This document shows, piece by piece, positions 61,120 to 64,000 of a DNA stretch of 64,000 nt (positions within the stretch are counted from its first letter, which is position 1; the number at the start of each line of letters is the position of its first letter). Under the pieces are notes generated by a model. The model did not search any database, had not been told where the DNA came from, and worked only from the letters and a program-made list of their open reading frames with translations. The stretch is from Protoeuglena noctilucae (taxonomy: Eukaryota). The position numbers and the translations under genes are program-made. The DNA lies in the NCBI GenBank assembly GCA_958009085.1, contig OY253673.1, positions 620,001 to 684,000 on the forward strand, in the 5' to 3' direction.

Positions 61120-61776
61120 CCTCGCGAGATCCGCACGCACAGGCCTCTTCGGCGAACGAGCGGTGCGCGAGCAGAGAAAGCGGGTCCTCCCGGCGGTGCG
61201 CTGGACGCGATACGACGCCCGAATGACTTGAAATCCAAAGCCCCGTTGCAGATGTTTGCTGAGTCCCAGCGGGGAAGGCCCTGTCAGACAGGGACCCGAG
61301 CAGTCGCGCTCCCGCGCCACGACAGCCGCGGTGCGCGGTCGGTCCCGAGCAGAGCGCACGCTTGTTCGCGCGGCTGCAGCCCGTGCCCAGGCGGGCGGAG
61401 CGCAGGGAATCGGTCCGAGTCGAAGCGCGCGCGCCCGGCGCAGTGGGGCGCGTCTCGCCTCGCGTGGGCATTCTGTCAGGTGATATGGGCGCTCGCGAGA
61501 GGCTGGGAGTCCGCGGCGTGCGCCGCAGTGCACGGGAAGCGCGCGATCGCTGCACCCGCGATGCTCCACGCCTCCGCTGCGGCACCATTCGCTTCGTTCG
61601 ATCGATGTAGATGTGTTGGAGTGACACCCCGGAGACCTCGCCCTTGCGCACGCCGTCCCACCCAGCCACCGTGAAACCGCTCTCATCGCGCGCGCTTGGA
61701 CCCGTGCAGCGCGCTTGCAGCGCACGAGTTTGAGGCTTGTGTCCCTTTGGTTGCTCCGCCGGACGTCGGGCCGGGA

Positions 61777-64000
61777 ATGACGACCCCCGGCGTCGCGCAG
61801 GGCTTGCCGGGGAGGGAGGGCGGTTACGCGGCCGCCCGCGAGCCTGGGGCGTTCGGCGTGGACGCCCGCGGCGCCGGATCGCCAGATTCCGCGATGAATC
61901 ACGCATGGGCGGGGCCCAGCCCGGGCCCAGACGAGCATGAGGAGGAGGCTTTGGAGGCGCTCGCTGCGCTGGCTCCAGCCCACGGTGCGGCCGCGCGCGG
62001 GAATCGCCTCTGCGGAACGCGATGCGATTCCGTCGAGGATGCGCGCACACCGACCGCGGCGCGCGGCGGGGCACCCTTCGCGCGCCCCCTGATACCCTGA
62101 GCCGGTGCCCGCAGTGTCGACGTGGGGCTCGGGCGGCGGCCCCATCCCCCATGCGGCGCTCCCTGCGGTACCGAGCGAGTTTGCGATCCCAGAGACCATG
62201 CTGCTCAAGCGGCTGATGGAGTCGGGGGACCTGATTGCTCTAAACATGGCGAAGGCGAGCCGTCCTGCCTCTTCCCGGCCGCTGCACGCGCCGCGCCGGA
62301 TCCCTGGCCTGTTGCGACGGACTCCTCGCCGCATCGTGCGCAGGATGGCATCTGCATGCGCACGAACGGCAAGTCGTGGCGCTGCGCCAACCCGCGCATG
62401 ATGGGTAGCCGGTACTGCACCAAGCATGCGGACATGGAGTCGAAGCGCAACCATCACAGCCGCAAGAGGGACTGGATCGGGCGATGGCGGGCCCACAACA
62501 GGGACAGGTGCGAAAGGCTCGACTCCCGGCAGCGTGTGGAGTGAGCGCCCAAGCGTGGCGCCAGCATTCAACCGGTGCGGGTGCGGTCGTTCTCAGGGCG
62601 GGCGTCGCGGACGCCCCGAGTGACGACCCGGTTCTGGAGACGAACGCGGCACTGCGCCCGGCCCCACGTAGGGCCGCAGCTGCCCGTGCGAACAACCTGA
62701 TCGAGTCACTGGCGGCCGCACCGGGCAGGCAGGTGGGCTACTCGGGCCGCTCGCACCACGTTCTGGCGGCGAACCAGCACCCGATGTTCGCGGGGCAGCG
62801 CCGGATGGACCGCTCGCGCATGGATGCGGACGTGATTGTCATCGGGGCGGGGCCCGCGGGGCTGGCCGCGGCGCAGCGCTTGCGGCGCGAGGGGCTGGAG
62901 GTGGTCGTCCTGGAGGCTCGGCACCGCCTCGGCGGGCGCTGCCACACCGTGACGCTGCCGGCGGTGGAGGGGACGGAGGGCTTGCTGCCAGAGGTCAGCG
63001 TCGACCTCGGGGCGAGCTACATGCACGGGTGCTGCGACGCGCAGCCCGTGTACCGGCTCTCCAAGGACCTCCGCGTCGATTCCGAGCCCGTGGACGACGG
63101 TCTGACTGAGGCGAGGGGCGCGCTGCAGCAAGGGTCTCCTCACAGTCCCTGCCGGCGTCGCTGCACGCTTTGGCTCATCATAGCAGCAAATTCCGATTCC
63201 ATCGGACGATCGAGCAGCGCGCGTGCGGCGCCACGCAAGCGCTGCAGTGCGTGTGGCGATGGCCGCTTCCCTTGTACCTGCAGAAGGCGGCTTGGTACGC
63301 GAATGGGGAGAGGCACCACATCTTCAAAGTCAAGTCCTTCCACGCGATTCTGCACGCCGCGGGGTCCCTCCTGATCCACCGCACGCGCGCCCGCAAGGAG
63401 GCGGGGCTTGAGGACGTGCCCATCGCCGCCATGATGGAGGGGTGCCTGGCAGACGCGCTGATCGAGCGGGCGCTGAAGAGGCTCCCCATGGAGAAGAAGA
63501 AGGTGGGTATGCGGTGTCATGTGATGGGAAATGGGTTTGCAATGTCAAGAGCAAGAGATGGTGGGCGCAGGGTACGTGAGCTGCACCTTGGTGTGCGCTG
63601 AGCTTCTGGGCTTGCGAGGGCTTACCTTCCATGTTATGTGCACAGAAACATCTTCGTATGGTGTTTCTCTTCGCAGCGGATGGCCCCCGGTGTGCTGGAG
63701 CGCATCCGCACGATGCGACCCCTGTTAGAGGACACGCCCACTCCGTCGCCCGCACCGACACTGCCGCCCGCATCTGAGGAGCGGCACAGGCAGGCGCGGG
63801 GCCATGCCTCGCCTGGCAAGTCCCGCACCCCCAAGGGTGGCCATGGCCACGCAGCGGGCCGCAAGCAGGCGGACAAGTCGCCCCTTGCGCCGCACGCCGG
63901 CCAGCCCAGGTGCGCGAGCCCCCGGCTGGTTCCGGCAGTTGCGTGTTGAAAGTGGAAACCTCGCTGTGTCGCTTCGTCTTACATGTTGTAACACGAATGA
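61777..64000 (+). CDS. Flavin-dependent amine oxidase (LSD1/polyamine oxidase family) with N-terminal WRC zinc domain; 3' part outside the window
   Basis: WRC motif CMRTNGKSWRCANPRMMGSRYCTKH. FAD-binding DVIVIGAGPAGLAAAQRL...VVVLEARHRLGGRCHT...VDLGASYMHG. Confidence 0.85.

Noticed and set aside
63978..63991. TTACA...TGTAA, a possible bidirectional poly(A) signal
   Set aside because: It appears to lie in an intron of the unfinished amine oxidase gene (donor near 63910); a single occurrence is not informative.
1..64000. Hundreds of long overlapping or antisense ORFs (for example 1677-3161, 29929-31689, 60889-62571)
   Set aside because: Arg/Pro/Ala-rich shadow frames expected at this GC content, with no domain motifs.
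1..64000. Alternative nuclear genetic code (TAA/TAG read as Gln, as in some ulvophytes)
   Set aside because: Conserved genes end at TAG at plausible positions (CK2-like 10866, DBP3 42505) and I saw no in-frame TAR codons in conserved exons.

Overview
Gene-dense, very GC-rich (about 70% by eye) eukaryotic nuclear DNA with many short spliceosomal introns (mostly about 70-250 nt). The gene set (plastid-type UMP kinase, PLR1-like reductase, cyanobacterial-type HemD, TENA_E-like protein, WRC domain) points to a compact green alga; this is inference. I modelled about 25 intron-containing genes by hand and saw no RNA genes, transposons or CRISPR arrays. Most entries in the ORF track are shadow ORFs caused by high GC. 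Main observations: (1) a candidate tricistronic unit on the minus strand (83-aa membrane protein, LYRM2-like protein, ZIP metal transporter) with stop-to-start spacers of only 12 and 13 nt and no other AUG in the spliced upstream ORFs; (2) an unusually high rate of GC-AG introns, 17 modelled, several forced by conserved motifs; (3) an MLKL/MCAfunc-like four-helix-bundle protein with a C-terminal RING; (4) a WRC-domain plus flavin amine oxidase fusion; (5) a head-to-head paralogous membrane-protein pair, a hidden 62-aa spliced gene and a CK2-alpha-like kinase lacking its basic cluster. All splice models and family calls are manual and need RNA-seq and HMM confirmation.
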